From Candidatus Ozemobacteraceae bacterium (GTDB taxonomy: Bacteria; Muiribacteriota; Ozemobacteria; Ozemobacterales; Ozemobacteraceae), in assembly GCA_965140445.1 (NCBI GenBank), contig OZ223236.1:3488001-3552000 (forward strand): a stretch of 64,000 nt of DNA. Reading direction: 5' to 3'. The position numbers were made by a program, and so were the translations under genes. The stretch's first letter is position 1; the number at the start of each line of letters is the position of its first letter. The notes under the pieces were generated by a model. That model worked only from the letters and a program-made list of their open reading frames with translations, was not told the origin of the DNA and searched no databases. Below are positions 46,234-55,901 of this stretch, one piece after another.

Positions 46234-47537
46234 CTAAGCCCTTTCTTTTTCATGAAGCCTTCATAATGTCTAGTTACAAGGTGGGACTCAAGCTGTCTCA
46301 TTGTGTCAAGTGCAACACCAACAACGATAAGAAGCGCCGTTCCACCAAAGTAGAAGTTAACATTCATGAACTTAATTAAGAAGTTTGGAACTACCGCTAC
46401 AAGTGATAAGAATATACCACCTGCTAATGTTACTCTAGACACAGTCTTTTCAAGAAATTCAACGGTTTTGGTTCCGGCTCTGATACCAGGAATGAAACCA
46501 CCGTATTTCTTCATATTATCTGCAAGATCCTGCACATTGAATGTGATGGCCGTGTAGAAATATGTAAAGAACACAATCAAAAGAACATATATAACGATAT
46601 AGGAATAACTATTGTAATTGAATATATTCAAAAACCAATAGATTATTGGGTTTTTCACCAATTCTTGCATTCCTTCTAAACTTTGAATCCAATTAAAGAT
46701 CATTGAAGGGAACATTAATATGGAGCTTGCGAAGATAACAGGAATAACACCAGCCTGATTTACTCTCAGAGGGATGTAAGTATTCTGTCCACCATATACT
46801 CTTCTGCCAACAACTCTTTTCGCATATTGAACTGGAATCTTTCTAACACCATCTTGCACATATACGATAGCCATAATGGTTATGATACAGAAGATAGCAA
46901 GGAAAAGAGTCTTTACAACATCATGAGCATCGCCAGTGAAGAGTGCAATCTGTTGAACGATTGCTTCTGGGAAACCAGCAAGAATACCAGCGGTAATTAG
47001 TATAGAAATACCATTTCCGATTCCTCTGCTAGTCATCTGCTCACCCAGCCACATAATGAATGCTGTTCCTGCAGTAAGTGTTGTTACAGCCATAATCTTG
47101 AAACCAAGACCTGGGTGTGGAACAACCTGATATCTTTCAAGCATGAAGCTGATACCAAATGCTTGCAACGCGCCTATAAGAACTGTGCCATACCGTGTAT
47201 ACTGACTAATCAGTTTACGGCCCTCTTCTCCCTCTTCTTTTGCGAGATGCTCAAGATAAGGAATAACATATACCAAAAGCTGCATAATGATTGAAGCATT
47301 GATATATGGCGCAATACCAAGCGCGAATACAGAGAATCTTCTGAGAGCTCCTCCTGAAAACATATTCAGGAAACTGAATATTTCAGAAGTTGGAAGGTTC
47401 TGTGTTAGAAGCTTAGCGTCGACTCCAGGTGTTGGAATGTGTGTACCAATTCTAAACACCAAAATCATGCCAAGGGTGAAAAGGATTCGATTCCTGAGTT
47501 CAGGAATCTTCATGGAGTTCGATAGGCTCTGCAGCAA
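46230..47537 (-). CDS. secY: Preprotein translocase SecY
   Basis: ALGIAPYINASII.QL, GIGNG.S, FIPGIR.G, GGT..LI.V. Confidence 0.97.
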   Translation of the reverse strand: MLQSLSNSMKIPELRNRILFTLGMILVFRIGTHIPTPGVDAKLLTQNLPTSEIFSFLNMFSGGALRRFSVFALGIAPYINASIIMQLLVYVIPYLEHLAKEEGEEGRKLISQYTRYGTVLIGALQAFGISFMLERYQVVPHPGLGFKIMAVTTLTAGTAFIMWLGEQMTSRGIGNGISILITAGILAGFPEAIVQQIALFTGDAHDVVKTLFLAIFCIITIMAIVYVQDGVRKIPVQYAKRVVGRRVYGGQNTYIPLRVNQAGVIPVIFASSILMFPSMIFNWIQSLEGMQELVKNPIIYWFLNIFNYNSYSYIVIYVLLIVFFTYFYTAITFNVQDLADNMKKYGGFIPGIRAGTKTVEFLEKTVSRVTLAGGIFLSLVAVVPNFLIKFMNVNFYFGGTALLIVVGVALDTMRQLESHLVTRHYEGFMKKKGLR

Positions 47538-47987
47538 TTAGATCACCTCCGCTTTTCCGCCGGCTTTTTCGATTTTATCCTTTGCAGAATTAGAAAATCG
47601 ATTAGCTTGAACGGTCAAAGGCTTGCTTATTTCACCACGAGCCAAAACTTTTACTGGCTTATGTAAATTCTTAACAAGACCCTTCTCAACCATCAGTTCG
47701 AGAGTAACATCTGTATTTGCATCAAAAGTGCTTTCCAAAGATGAAAGATTTACAACAGAATATTCAACCCTGTTAGGGCTGGTAAAACCGCGTTTTGGGA
47801 GAATACGAACGAGACGCATCTGTCCGCCTTCAAAACCTGCGTAAGGTTTAGTTTTCCCTGAACGGCCTTTCTGTCCATCATGACCTTTGGTAGCCTGGTT
47901 TCCCATGCCGGAACCTTTACCACGGCCAACTCTTCTTTTTTCTTTGGTTGAACCTTTGGCTTTTTTAAGATTTCCGAGATTCATCAT
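47538..47987 (-). CDS. rplO: 50S ribosomal protein uL15
   Basis: RVGRG.GSG, GFEGGQ, KIEKAGG. Confidence 0.95.
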   Translation of the reverse strand: MMNLGNLKKAKGSTKEKRRVGRGKGSGMGNQATKGHDGQKGRSGKTKPYAGFEGGQMRLVRILPKRGFTSPNRVEYSVVNLSSLESTFDANTDVTLELMVEKGLVKNLHKPVKVLARGEISKPLTVQANRFSNSAKDKIEKAGGKAEVI

Positions 47988-47999
47988 AGCTAGGTCTCC

Positions 48000-48179
48000 T
48001 TACTTAACTTCCAACCAGCGCTGGACTTTGTCTACCATCCCAAGAATCTGGGGGGTTGCTTCGTGAGTTACTTCACTCTGCATTTTTCTAAGTCCGAGAG
48101 CCTCTAGGGTTCTTCTCTGGCGCACAGTTGCACCAATGGAGCTTTTAATAAGTTTCAAGGTAATTTTCTTTTCTGACAT
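48000..48179 (-). CDS. rpmD: 50S ribosomal protein uL30 (not in ORF track)
   Basis: Manual translation MSEKKITLKLIKSSIG...TLEALGLRK...GMVDKVQRWLEVK. Confidence 0.93.
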   Translation of the reverse strand: MSEKKITLKLIKSSIGATVRQRRTLEALGLRKMQSEVTHEATPQILGMVDKVQRWLEVK

Positions 48180-48188
48180 GGTGTCCTC

Positions 48189-48731
48189 CTAGCCCTTCAG
48201 TACTTGTGCTGGAGTAATGCCACGCACCTTGGCAACCTGATCAACACCGCGCATTTCGCGAAGAGCGTTCATAGTTGCTTTAGCCATGTTCACTGGATTC
48301 TTTGAGCCAAGTCTTTTAGCGAGAACATCTTTAACGCCAAGAGCTTCAAAAATCGCACGAACAGCACCACCGGCAATAACACCTGTCCCTGGAGCGGCTG
48401 GTTTAATCATTACCTGGGAAGAACCGAATCTGCCAATGTAAGGATGAGTAACAGTGTCACGATTCAATGGAACTTGAACCATAACTTTTTTGGCTTTATC
48501 AAGGCCTTTTCTTACTGCATCTGGAACTGCTTTTGCTTTACCAATAGCGATTCCTACTTTACCTTTTTGATCGCCAACACACACAAGTACGGAGAAGCCA
48601 AAGTGTCTACCACCTTTAACTGTCTTACTTACGCGGTTAACAGAAATAATTTTTTCAGTGAATTCATTTTCCACGATCTGGTCACGTCGGCGACCATCAC
48701 GACGAAAACGAGGATTTCCTTGTTCAGTCAT
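48189..48731 (-). CDS. rpsE: 30S ribosomal protein uS5
   Basis: VNRVSKTVKGGR, PAAPGTGVIAGG. Confidence 0.97.
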   Translation of the reverse strand: MTEQGNPRFRRDGRRRDQIVENEFTEKIISVNRVSKTVKGGRHFGFSVLVCVGDQKGKVGIAIGKAKAVPDAVRKGLDKAKKVMVQVPLNRDTVTHPYIGRFGSSQVMIKPAAPGTGVIAGGAVRAIFEALGVKDVLAKRLGSKNPVNMAKATMNALREMRGVDQVAKVRGITPAQVLKG

Positions 48732-48742
48732 CTGGTTTCCTC

Positions 48743-49102
48743 CTAGAATTTAAGGCCAGCGGCTCTAGCACCTTCGGCTAGTTCCTTGACGCGACCATGA
48801 TACTTATATCCGCCTTTGTCAAAAACAACTGCTGATATGCCTTTGGCCATTGCTCTTTCAGCAACTTTCTGACCAACTACTTTTGCGCCACCAATGTTTC
48901 CGCCATTAGTTGAACCACGAAGTTCTTTATCAAGAGAACTTGCCATTACTAATGTTTCGCCTGATTCATCATCTATGATCTGAGCATAGATGTGCTTAAG
49001 GCTGCGGAAAACAGCAAGACGCGGCTTCTGGGCATTACCGGACAAATAAAATCTGCTTCGGGCATGACGCCTTTGTCGCATTTCATGTTTGCTGAGTTTC
49101 AT
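48743..49102 (-). CDS. rplR: 50S ribosomal protein uL18
   Basis: [26 protein letters not shown]. Confidence 0.96.
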   Translation of the reverse strand: MKLSKHEMRQRRHARSRFYLSGNAQKPRLAVFRSLKHIYAQIIDDESGETLVMASSLDKELRGSTNGGNIGGAKVVGQKVAERAMAKGISAVVFDKGGYKYHGRVKELAEGARAAGLKF

Positions 49103-49125
49103 ATATACCTTCCTTTAATCAAGCC

Positions 49126-49671
49126 TTAAGCTGCAAGCTTCTTGCCGACTTTAATTCGGACGTTTTCGCCGAGGTAGCGAATACCAGCACCGTCTTTGTA
49201 ATTTTTAGGCGGTCTTACTTTCCGAATTTCAGCGGCAGTCTGTCCAACAACTTCCTTATCAATACCACTTACAAATACTTTATTACCTTCAACGGTCAAA
49301 GTTATTTCTGTAGGTGCTTCAAAAATTACTGGATGTGAATAACCAACGTTAAGCTGGATTTTATTAGGGGCCTGGGATTGGGCTTTATAACCAACACCAA
49401 TAATTTCAAGACCCTTCTTATAACCTTCATTCACACCAATAACCATATTGTTAATAAGGCTGCGAACTAGACCAAATTTTGATCTAATTGGCTTGGAGCT
49501 ATTTTCAGGAATGCTGCAAACAATTTTATCTTCTTCGCGATTGATCGAAACACCTTCTGGAAGTTCTTTTCTCATTTGGCCTTTTGGACCTTTTACAGAA
49601 ACAACCATGCCATTGATGTTAACTTCAACGCCTTTAGGAATAATTACTGGTTTTTTACCTATACGTGACAT
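49126..49671 (-). CDS. rplF: 50S ribosomal protein uL6
   Basis: MSRIGKKP from ATG at 49671, GVGYKA, GYSHP. Confidence 0.96.
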   Translation of the reverse strand: MSRIGKKPVIIPKGVEVNINGMVVSVKGPKGQMRKELPEGVSINREEDKIVCSIPENSSKPIRSKFGLVRSLINNMVIGVNEGYKKGLEIIGVGYKAQSQAPNKIQLNVGYSHPVIFEAPTEITLTVEGNKVFVSGIDKEVVGQTAAEIRKVRPPKNYKDGAGIRYLGENVRIKVGKKLAA

Positions 49672-49687
49672 ATCTCTTCCTCCTGAA

Positions 49688-50086
49688 TTACCAGACCTGG
49701 CAGATGATTTCTCCGCCAACTCCAGCTTCACGGGCTTCTTTATCTGTCATGATGCCCTTAGAAGTTGAGAGAATAGCTATACCAAGACCACCAAGAACTT
49801 TAGGAATTTCAGTTTTACCAGAATAAATTCTTCTACCTGGTTTTGAAACTCTCTGAATACCTTTAATGATAATTGATTGCTTTTCCCCGTACTTCAGGAA
49901 AACCTTCAAATTAAACTTATTCTGGAACTTATAATATCGAAAATCCCGGATGTACCCTTCTTTTTTCAAGATCTTTGCAATTTCGATCTTCATTTTAGAA
50001 GATGGCATTTCAACACTTTCGTGTTTAACCATGTTGGCATTCCGGATTCGAGTCAGCATATCGCCAATAGGATCAGTCATACTCAT
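49688..50086 (-). CDS. rpsH: 30S ribosomal protein uS8
   Basis: [25 protein letters not shown]. Confidence 0.97.
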   Translation of the reverse strand: MSMTDPIGDMLTRIRNANMVKHESVEMPSSKMKIEIAKILKKEGYIRDFRYYKFQNKFNLKVFLKYGEKQSIIIKGIQRVSKPGRRIYSGKTEIPKVLGGLGIAILSTSKGIMTDKEAREAGVGGEIICQVW

Positions 50087-50101
50087 AACTCTTTGTCTCC
50101 T

Positions 50102-50287
50102 TTACCAACTTGATTTTGTAACGCCGGGGATTCTTCCGATTGAAGCTAAATCCCTGAAGCAGATACGACACATTTCGAAATCTCTCATGTAACCGCGTGG
50201 CCGACCGCAAATATTGCAACGGTTGTAGCGGCGTGTTGAAAACTTCGCAGGTTTCATCCACTTTTCTACTAATGCTTTCTTAGCCAT
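50102..50287 (-). CDS. rpsN: 30S ribosomal protein uS14 (Zn-type, type Z)
   Basis: [10 protein letters not shown]...[15 protein letters not shown]. Confidence 0.96.
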   Translation of the reverse strand: MAKKALVEKWMKPAKFSTRRYNRCNICGRPRGYMRDFEMCRICFRDLASIGRIPGVTKSSW

Positions 50288-50299
50288 AACAACTCCTTC

Positions 50300-50893
50300 T
50301 TATGCTTTTTTGGCGGTCTTGCGGAACGGCATACCCAACTCTTGTAGAAGCTCACGAGCTTCACCATCGTTTTGAGCGGTGGTTACAATAGTAATGTTCA
50401 TGCCCTGAACTTTGCTAACTTCATCATAATTGATTTCAGGAAAAACCAACTGTTCCTGCAGGCCCATGCTGTAATTTCCGCGGCCATCGAAAGCTTTTGG
50501 TGAAAGACCACGGAAGTCTCTGATTCTAGGCACTACGATGTTAAACAGTTTATCAAGAAAGAAATAACATCTGTCGCCCCTGAGAGTTACACGGCAGCCA
50601 ATTGGCATGCCCTGGCGCAATTTAAAGTTTGAAATAGACTTTTTAGCGCGTGTAGTTACTGGTTTTTGACCAGCGATGATGGCCAGTTCCCTCGTTGCGG
50701 CGTCTAGAAGTTTAGCATTCTGAGTTGCTTCGCCAACACCCATGTTGAGAATTACCTTAGTAATCTTAGGTACTCTCATTGCATTTCCATATTTGGAAAC
50801 CAATTTAGGAGCGATTTCTTTCAGATACTTTTCCTTCAGCCTTGGGAAGGACTTTGTTCCTTTGGATTCGGAACCTTTTTCTGTCTTTGCCAT
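50300..50893 (-). CDS. rplE: 50S ribosomal protein uL5
   Basis: [23 protein letters not shown]. Confidence 0.97.
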   Translation of the reverse strand: MAKTEKGSESKGTKSFPRLKEKYLKEIAPKLVSKYGNAMRVPKITKVILNMGVGEATQNAKLLDAATRELAIIAGQKPVTTRAKKSISNFKLRQGMPIGCRVTLRGDRCYFFLDKLFNIVVPRIRDFRGLSPKAFDGRGNYSMGLQEQLVFPEINYDEVSKVQGMNITIVTTAQNDGEARELLQELGMPFRKTAKKA

Positions 50894-50940
50894 GCCGAAA
50901 TCTCCTTATATACTTATTCCTGAAATCTTTTCAGGTTAAA

Positions 50941-51294
50941 TTACTTACGACCAAGAGGTTCGTTAGTTTTAGCACAAACACGGTTCTTTTCATCACCCTG
51001 CTTAACAAACTTCGCAGAAGTTAGTTTTGCACCATCTGGTGTAAGCAGACCGAGATTACTAAGAGCGATTGGTCCTTCTTTTTCAATGATTCCACCCTTA
51101 CCGATGCTTCTGTTCGGCTTGGTGTGTTTCTTGATAAAGTTGATACCTTCTACGAAAGCAGTTCCTTTTTCAGCATTAACTGAAAGAACTCTGCCTTTTT
51201 TACCACGATCATCGCCTCTAAGAACGACAACCTGGTCATCTTTTTTCACGTGAGGCTTAGCAACTGCACGTTTCATTTTAACTTTCTTATGCAT
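50941..51294 (-). CDS. rplX: 50S ribosomal protein uL24
   Basis: KKDD.V.V..G.D.GK.G, VEGIN..KKH.KP. Confidence 0.95.
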   Translation of the reverse strand: MHKKVKMKRAVAKPHVKKDDQVVVLRGDDRGKKGRVLSVNAEKGTAFVEGINFIKKHTKPNRSIGKGGIIEKEGPIALSNLGLLTPDGAKLTSAKFVKQGDEKNRVCAKTNEPLGRK

Positions 51295-51306
51295 TATATT
51301 GCTCCC

Positions 51307-51675
51307 TTACAGTACTTCTGGCGCCAGTGAAACAATCTTCATGAATTGCTTTTCACGTAATTCTCTTGCCACAGGGCCAAAGATGCGTGTTCCACGAGGG
51401 TTGTTGTCATTGCCAATGATAACAGCAGCGTTGTCATCAAATTTGATGTAGCTGCCATCAGCTCTGCGGCGTTCTTTCTTAGTTCTAACAACAACAGCTT
51501 TAACAACTTCTTTCTTTTTTACAGTTCCATCAGGAATTGCATCTTTAACAGAGGCAACGATGATATCGCCAACTCCGCCGAAAGTTCTTTTACTGCCGCC
51601 AAGAACGCGGATACAGAGTAGTTTTTTAGCACCGGAGTTATCGGCAACTTTTAATACACTTTCTTGAGCTATCAT
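51307..51675 (-). CDS. rplN: 50S ribosomal protein uL14
   Basis: [27 protein letters not shown]. Confidence 0.97.
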   Translation of the reverse strand: MIAQESVLKVADNSGAKKLLCIRVLGGSKRTFGGVGDIIVASVKDAIPDGTVKKKEVVKAVVVRTKKERRRADGSYIKFDDNAAVIIGNDNNPRGTRIFGPVARELREKQFMKIVSLAPEVL

Positions 51676-51686
51676 TACCGTTCTCC

Positions 51687-51956
51687 CTATTCAATAATTT
51701 TAGCGGATTTTACGACTTCACATACAATCCACTTTTTATTCTTGCTAATTGGGCGACATTCTTCAACACGTACAACATCACCGGCTTTACAGATTTCCTT
51801 AGGATCGTGAGCGAGGAATCTGGTATGGCGCTTGATATACTTTTTATATCTAGGATGCTGAATGATTCCTTCGATTTCAACCTTAATGGTTTTTTCTGCG
51901 TTGTTAGCTATTACTTTACCGACACGACTGCGACGGGTAATCTTATTATTTTCCAT
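51687..51956 (-). CDS. rpsQ: 30S ribosomal protein uS17
   Basis: HPRYKK, AHD, ECRPISK.K. Confidence 0.96.
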   Translation of the reverse strand: MENNKITRRSRVGKVIANNAEKTIKVEIEGIIQHPRYKKYIKRHTRFLAHDPKEICKAGDVVRVEECRPISKNKKWIVCEVVKSAKIIE

Positions 51957-51969
51957 GGTTTCCTCCTAA

Positions 51970-52602
51970 TTAAAAGGGAAGCCGGCCTGCGGTCAGTTCG
52001 CGCTGCAAAACTCTGATGCTTTCGAGTTCCTGCAGTTTGGCACGTTTGGTTTCCTTGATAGAAGCAATTTGAGAAGCTTCATTTAATCCCATTTCAGACA
52101 ATTTGTCAAGAAACTTCTTGCGAATTGTACACTTAGGATCTTTCAATCTTTTGGAAACCGCACGCAGCTGAGCTTCGTCTTTTCCTTTTGTAGTGCGAAG
52201 CTTCTTAGAAACTTCACCGCGAATTGACTTCATAAGTTCGGCCACTTTTTTATCGCAGTCAGTTTTAATTTCCTGATGAACCTGCCTGGCTTTCTTTGAA
52301 AGTCTTGCTTTAAGTTTGGAAATTTTGATTTTAAGTGGTGTTACTTTAGAATCAATTCCTTCTTCTTTAAGCAATGCTTCATATTCAGCCTTAAGGAGCT
52401 GATGAATTTTAACCTTTTCCATTTTGGTTAAATAGGTTTTAACTCTTGCAATATTGCGTCTTACAATACTGATCCTTGAAGGATTAGCGAGCTGCCCAGT
52501 AACCGCCTGGAATCTTAGGTTAAACAGTTCTTCTTTAAAGTGTTTATATTTTTCTTCGAGTTCCTGCTCGTTAAGCTCAGAAAAATCTTCACGATTCTTC
52601 AT
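51970..52602 (-). CDS. rpmC: 50S ribosomal protein uL29 with long C-terminal extension
   Basis: First ~63 aa KEELFNLRFQ..TGQL.NP..I...RRNIARVKT; position between rplP and rpsQ. Confidence 0.93.
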   Translation of the reverse strand: MKNREDFSELNEQELEEKYKHFKEELFNLRFQAVTGQLANPSRISIVRRNIARVKTYLTKMEKVKIHQLLKAEYEALLKEEGIDSKVTPLKIKISKLKARLSKKARQVHQEIKTDCDKKVAELMKSIRGEVSKKLRTTKGKDEAQLRAVSKRLKDPKCTIRKKFLDKLSEMGLNEASQIASIKETKRAKLQELESIRVLQRELTAGRLPF

Positions 52603-52617
52603 GTTTCACCTTCCTAA

Positions 52618-53028
52618 TTACATTTTGCTGGTAATAACCTGACAGCGCATTGGTAACTTATTTGCTGCCTGTGACAAAGATTCGATTGCAATTTCTTCTG
52701 GAACCCCTTCAAGTTCGAAAAGGATTCTTCCAGGTTTTACAACTGCTACCCAGAATTCTGGAGCGCCTTTACCCTTACCCATACGCACTTCCAAAGGTTT
52801 CTTTGAAACTGGTTTGTCTGGGAAAATGCGGATCCACATTTTTCCTGCTCTTTTGACTGTTCTCGTAATAACTTTACGAGCAGCTTCTATCTGAGCACTA
52901 GTAACCCACTGGGGGTCCAATGCCTGCAGTCCGTAGGAACCGAATGACAGGTATTTGCCGCCTTTGGCCATACCTTTCATTCTTCCACGGTGCTGTTTTC
53001 TGAATTTAGTTCTTGCGGGAATTAACAT
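52618..53028 (-). CDS. rplP: 50S ribosomal protein uL16
   Basis: [18 protein letters not shown]. Confidence 0.97.
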   Translation of the reverse strand: MLIPARTKFRKQHRGRMKGMAKGGKYLSFGSYGLQALDPQWVTSAQIEAARKVITRTVKRAGKMWIRIFPDKPVSKKPLEVRMGKGKGAPEFWVAVVKPGRILFELEGVPEEIAIESLSQAANKLPMRCQVITSKM

Positions 53029-53043
53029 GGCTTAGGTTCCTCC

Positions 53044-53709
53044 TTATTTGGCATCTCTGGCTACAAGATGTTGTTTACCAATCTTTTCGCCCTTGAAGAT
53101 CCAAACTTTTACACCAACGCAGCCGTAGGTTGTAATAGCAGTTTCAGTAGCATAATCGATGTCGGCTCTGAGAGTGTGCAGTGGAACACGGCCTTCTCTC
53201 ATCCATTCGCTTCTAGCGATTTCAGCACCATTCAAGCGTCCAGCACAAGTGATTTTAATCCCTTTAGCTCCAGCTCTCATAGCTCTACCAATGCTTTGTT
53301 TCATAGCACGGCGATGTGAAACTCGTCTTTCAAGCTGAAGAGCGATGCTTTCAGCGATAAGTTTTGCTTCTACGTCTGGGTGTTTGATTTCCTGAATATT
53401 AAGGAACACTGATTTTCCAGTGATTTTTTCCAGATCTCTTTTGAGAATTTCGACTCTTTCTCCACCACGGCCGATTATTACGCCAGGTTTTGCGGTGAAA
53501 ATGGTAATACGCATTTTTGTATTAGATTTTCTTTCGATCTCAATTTTGGCAATGCCTTCTCTGCGGAACTGTTTGTTGTCAATGTAGTTTCTTACTTTAA
53601 CATCTTCATGCAAGAATTTTGCATAGTCAGCTCTTTTTGCATACCATCTGGAATCCCAAGTACGAGTAATGTTAAGACGTATTCCAATAGGATTAACTTT
53701 CTGACCCAT
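53044..53709 (-). CDS. rpsC: 30S ribosomal protein uS3
   Basis: [23 protein letters not shown]. Confidence 0.97.
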   Translation of the reverse strand: MGQKVNPIGIRLNITRTWDSRWYAKRADYAKFLHEDVKVRNYIDNKQFRREGIAKIEIERKSNTKMRITIFTAKPGVIIGRGGERVEILKRDLEKITGKSVFLNIQEIKHPDVEAKLIAESIALQLERRVSHRRAMKQSIGRAMRAGAKGIKITCAGRLNGAEIARSEWMREGRVPLHTLRADIDYATETAITTYGCVGVKVWIFKGEKIGKQHLVARDAK

Positions 53710-54464
53710 TATTCTTTACCTCCCTGGGATTTGGTGGTCTTCTTAGTTGTTTTTTCTCCAGCGCTTTTAGTTGTTTTAGCGGCTGTAGTTTTCTTTGCTG
53801 CTGGTTTCTTTTCAGCAGTAGCTTTTTTGGTTGTCTTTTTAGCAGTAGCTTTTTTAGCAACTGGAGCGTCTTTAGTTTCTTCGCCGGCAAATTTAGCCAT
53901 TGAGAATCTTTCTCTAAGAACGATCAAAGCATGAGAAGTTCTTTTTCTAATGCGACAGGCTCGTCCTCTTGCTCTAGCCATGAATCTCTTCATGGTTGCG
54001 CCACCGTCAATAGTAATCTTAGCAACAAAAAGGTCATCTGCCTTCATGTCATGGTTACTACCAGCGTTAGCAATTGCTGATTTCAAGAGTTTAAGAAGAA
54101 TCGGAGATCCACCTTTTGGTAGGAAGGTAAGGATTCCAAGTGCTTCATCAACACCTTTTCCACGGATTTGATCAGCAACAAGTCTAAGTTTTCTTGGGCT
54201 GATTCTTACGTTTCTTACTACAGCTCTTGGCATTTCAAGCAAGTCGATAAGTCTTGATTTCTGTTTCCAGTTCAAATCTTTTACCATTGGATAAACTTTT
54301 TCAAATTTTCCGTTTGGCTGAAGTTGCTTGCAATATAAACCAGCTTTAGTAAGAAGTGATTCGATTCTAGCTCGACTATTTTTAGTATCCAGGCCTTTGA
54401 TCATTCTTAAGCCATTGAATACGTCAACGTCATCGGGAATTGTTACACCAACTAATCGTAGCAT
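53709..54464 (-). CDS. rplV: 50S ribosomal protein uL22 with N-terminal uS13-like domain and C-terminal Lys/Ala/Thr-rich tail
   Basis: Core from residue 78: [46 protein letters not shown] before ATG at 54464. Confidence 0.93.
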   Translation of the reverse strand: MLRLVGVTIPDDVDVFNGLRMIKGLDTKNSRARIESLLTKAGLYCKQLQPNGKFEKVYPMVKDLNWKQKSRLIDLLEMPRAVVRNVRISPRKLRLVADQIRGKGVDEALGILTFLPKGGSPILLKLLKSAIANAGSNHDMKADDLFVAKITIDGGATMKRFMARARGRACRIRKRTSHALIVLRERFSMAKFAGEETKDAPVAKKATAKKTTKKATAEKKPAAKKTTAAKTTKSAGEKTTKKTTKSQGGKE

Positions 54465-54481
54465 TTCTTAATTCTCCTTCC

Positions 54482-54751
54482 CTATCGCATGGACGATGAT
54501 TTTTCGTTGGCATGACCTCTATAGGTTCTAGTAGGTGCAAATTCACCAAGCTTATGGCCAACCATATTTTCAGTTATGAACACTGGAACATGTTTGCGTC
54601 CGTTATGAACAGCAATAGTATGTCCAACCATTTCTGGATAAACGGTAGAAGATCTTGACCAGGTCTTAACCTGACGTTTTTCACCGTTAGTATTCATATC
54701 TAGGATTCTTTTCATTAGTCTTTCACATATAAATGGGGGCTTCTTTGCCAT
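54482..54751 (-). CDS. rpsS: 30S ribosomal protein uS19
   Basis: [23 protein letters not shown]. Confidence 0.96.
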   Translation of the reverse strand: MAKKPPFICERLMKRILDMNTNGEKRQVKTWSRSSTVYPEMVGHTIAVHNGRKHVPVFITENMVGHKLGEFAPTRTYRGHANEKSSSMR

Positions 54752-54763
54752 TATCCTTCTCCC

Positions 54764-55591
54764 TTACTTCTTCCTGCGTGAAATGATGTATTTGCTGGTA
54801 GGATTCTTGCGCTTTCTGGTTTTGTAACCTTGAGCAGGTTTACCCCAGAGAGATACAGGAGGTCTACCGCGGCTTGTGCGGGCTTCACCACCACCATGTG
54901 GATGGTCGCATGGGTTCATGGCAGAACCACGAACGAATGGACGAATTCCCATCCATCTTTTTCTTCCGGCTTTACCGATTGTAATGTTCATGTTATCAGC
55001 ATTTCCAACTGTTCCAAGAACCGCACGGCAATCGAGAAGAACAAGTCTCATTTCACCAGATGGCATATTAATCTGAGCGTATTTACCTTCTTTACCAACA
55101 AGCTGAGCGTCAACACCAGCAGCACGTGCTATCTGAGCACCTTTGCCAGGTTTCATTTCAATGTGGTGAATGGTAGAACCCAGTGGAATGTTTCTGAGAG
55201 GAAGACAGTTGCCTGGAAGGATCTCAGCGCTTGGACCATTCTCAAGAACGTCCCCTACTTTAAGGCCTTCGTGAGCGATAATGTATCGTTTTTCACCGTC
55301 GCGATAGTTCACGAGAGCAATACGACAAGTTCTGTTAGGATCATATTCAATAGTAGCTACAGTTCCAGGAATACCATCTTTGTAGCGTTTGAAATCGATA
55401 ATACGATAGAGACGTTTGCTTCCGCCGCCTCTATGCCTAAGAGTGACGTGACCATGATGATTGCGACCAGCTTTTCTATGAAGCCATTCGCAAAGTGGTT
55501 TGTAGGGTTTGTTTGTAGTTATTTCTTCAAACGTGAACCCAGTCACAAAGCGGCGTGAGGGGGTGGTAGGGTTATAGACTTTTATACTCAT
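54764..55591 (-). CDS. rplB: 50S ribosomal protein uL2
   Basis: [18 protein letters not shown]. Confidence 0.97.
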   Translation of the reverse strand: MSIKVYNPTTPSRRFVTGFTFEEITTNKPYKPLCEWLHRKAGRNHHGHVTLRHRGGGSKRLYRIIDFKRYKDGIPGTVATIEYDPNRTCRIALVNYRDGEKRYIIAHEGLKVGDVLENGPSAEILPGNCLPLRNIPLGSTIHHIEMKPGKGAQIARAAGVDAQLVGKEGKYAQINMPSGEMRLVLLDCRAVLGTVGNADNMNITIGKAGRKRWMGIRPFVRGSAMNPCDHPHGGGEARTSRGRPPVSLWGKPAQGYKTRKRKNPTSKYIISRRKK

Positions 55592-55610
55592 GACTTTCTC
55601 CTATTCCTAC

Positions 55611-55901
55611 TTAGGCAATTCCTTCAAAGAATTGTATAGAATCGCCTTCTTTAAGGGTAACAATTGCTTTCTTCCATTCTGAAGTATAGCCTTTGAAAAC
55701 CCCACGACGTTTGGGTTTGCGTGTTACGTTAAGGGTATTAACCTTAGTCACAGTTACATTGAAGAGTACTTCAACTGCATCTTTAATCTGATGCTTGTTA
55801 GCACAATTAGCAACTTTGAACTGATAAATACCTTCACCCATTCGATCGTAGCTTTTTTCGGAAACGATTGGTTGAATTATGATGTCCTGAGGTGCTTTCA
55901 T
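55611..55901 (-). CDS. rplW: 50S ribosomal protein uL23
   Basis: P..SEKS, ANK..IK.AVE..F.V.V..VNT, WKKAIVTL. Confidence 0.96.
   Translation of the reverse strand: MKAPQDIIIQPIVSEKSYDRMGEGIYQFKVANCANKHQIKDAVEVLFNVTVTKVNTLNVTRKPKRRGVFKGYTSEWKKAIVTLKEGDSIQFFEGIA

Noticed and set aside
54830..55558. 242-aa plus-strand ORF antisense to rplB, and other antisense ORFs such as 2521-2973, 2706-3194 and 63095-63520
   Set aside because: Shadow frames of strongly codon-biased genes with no recognisable motifs
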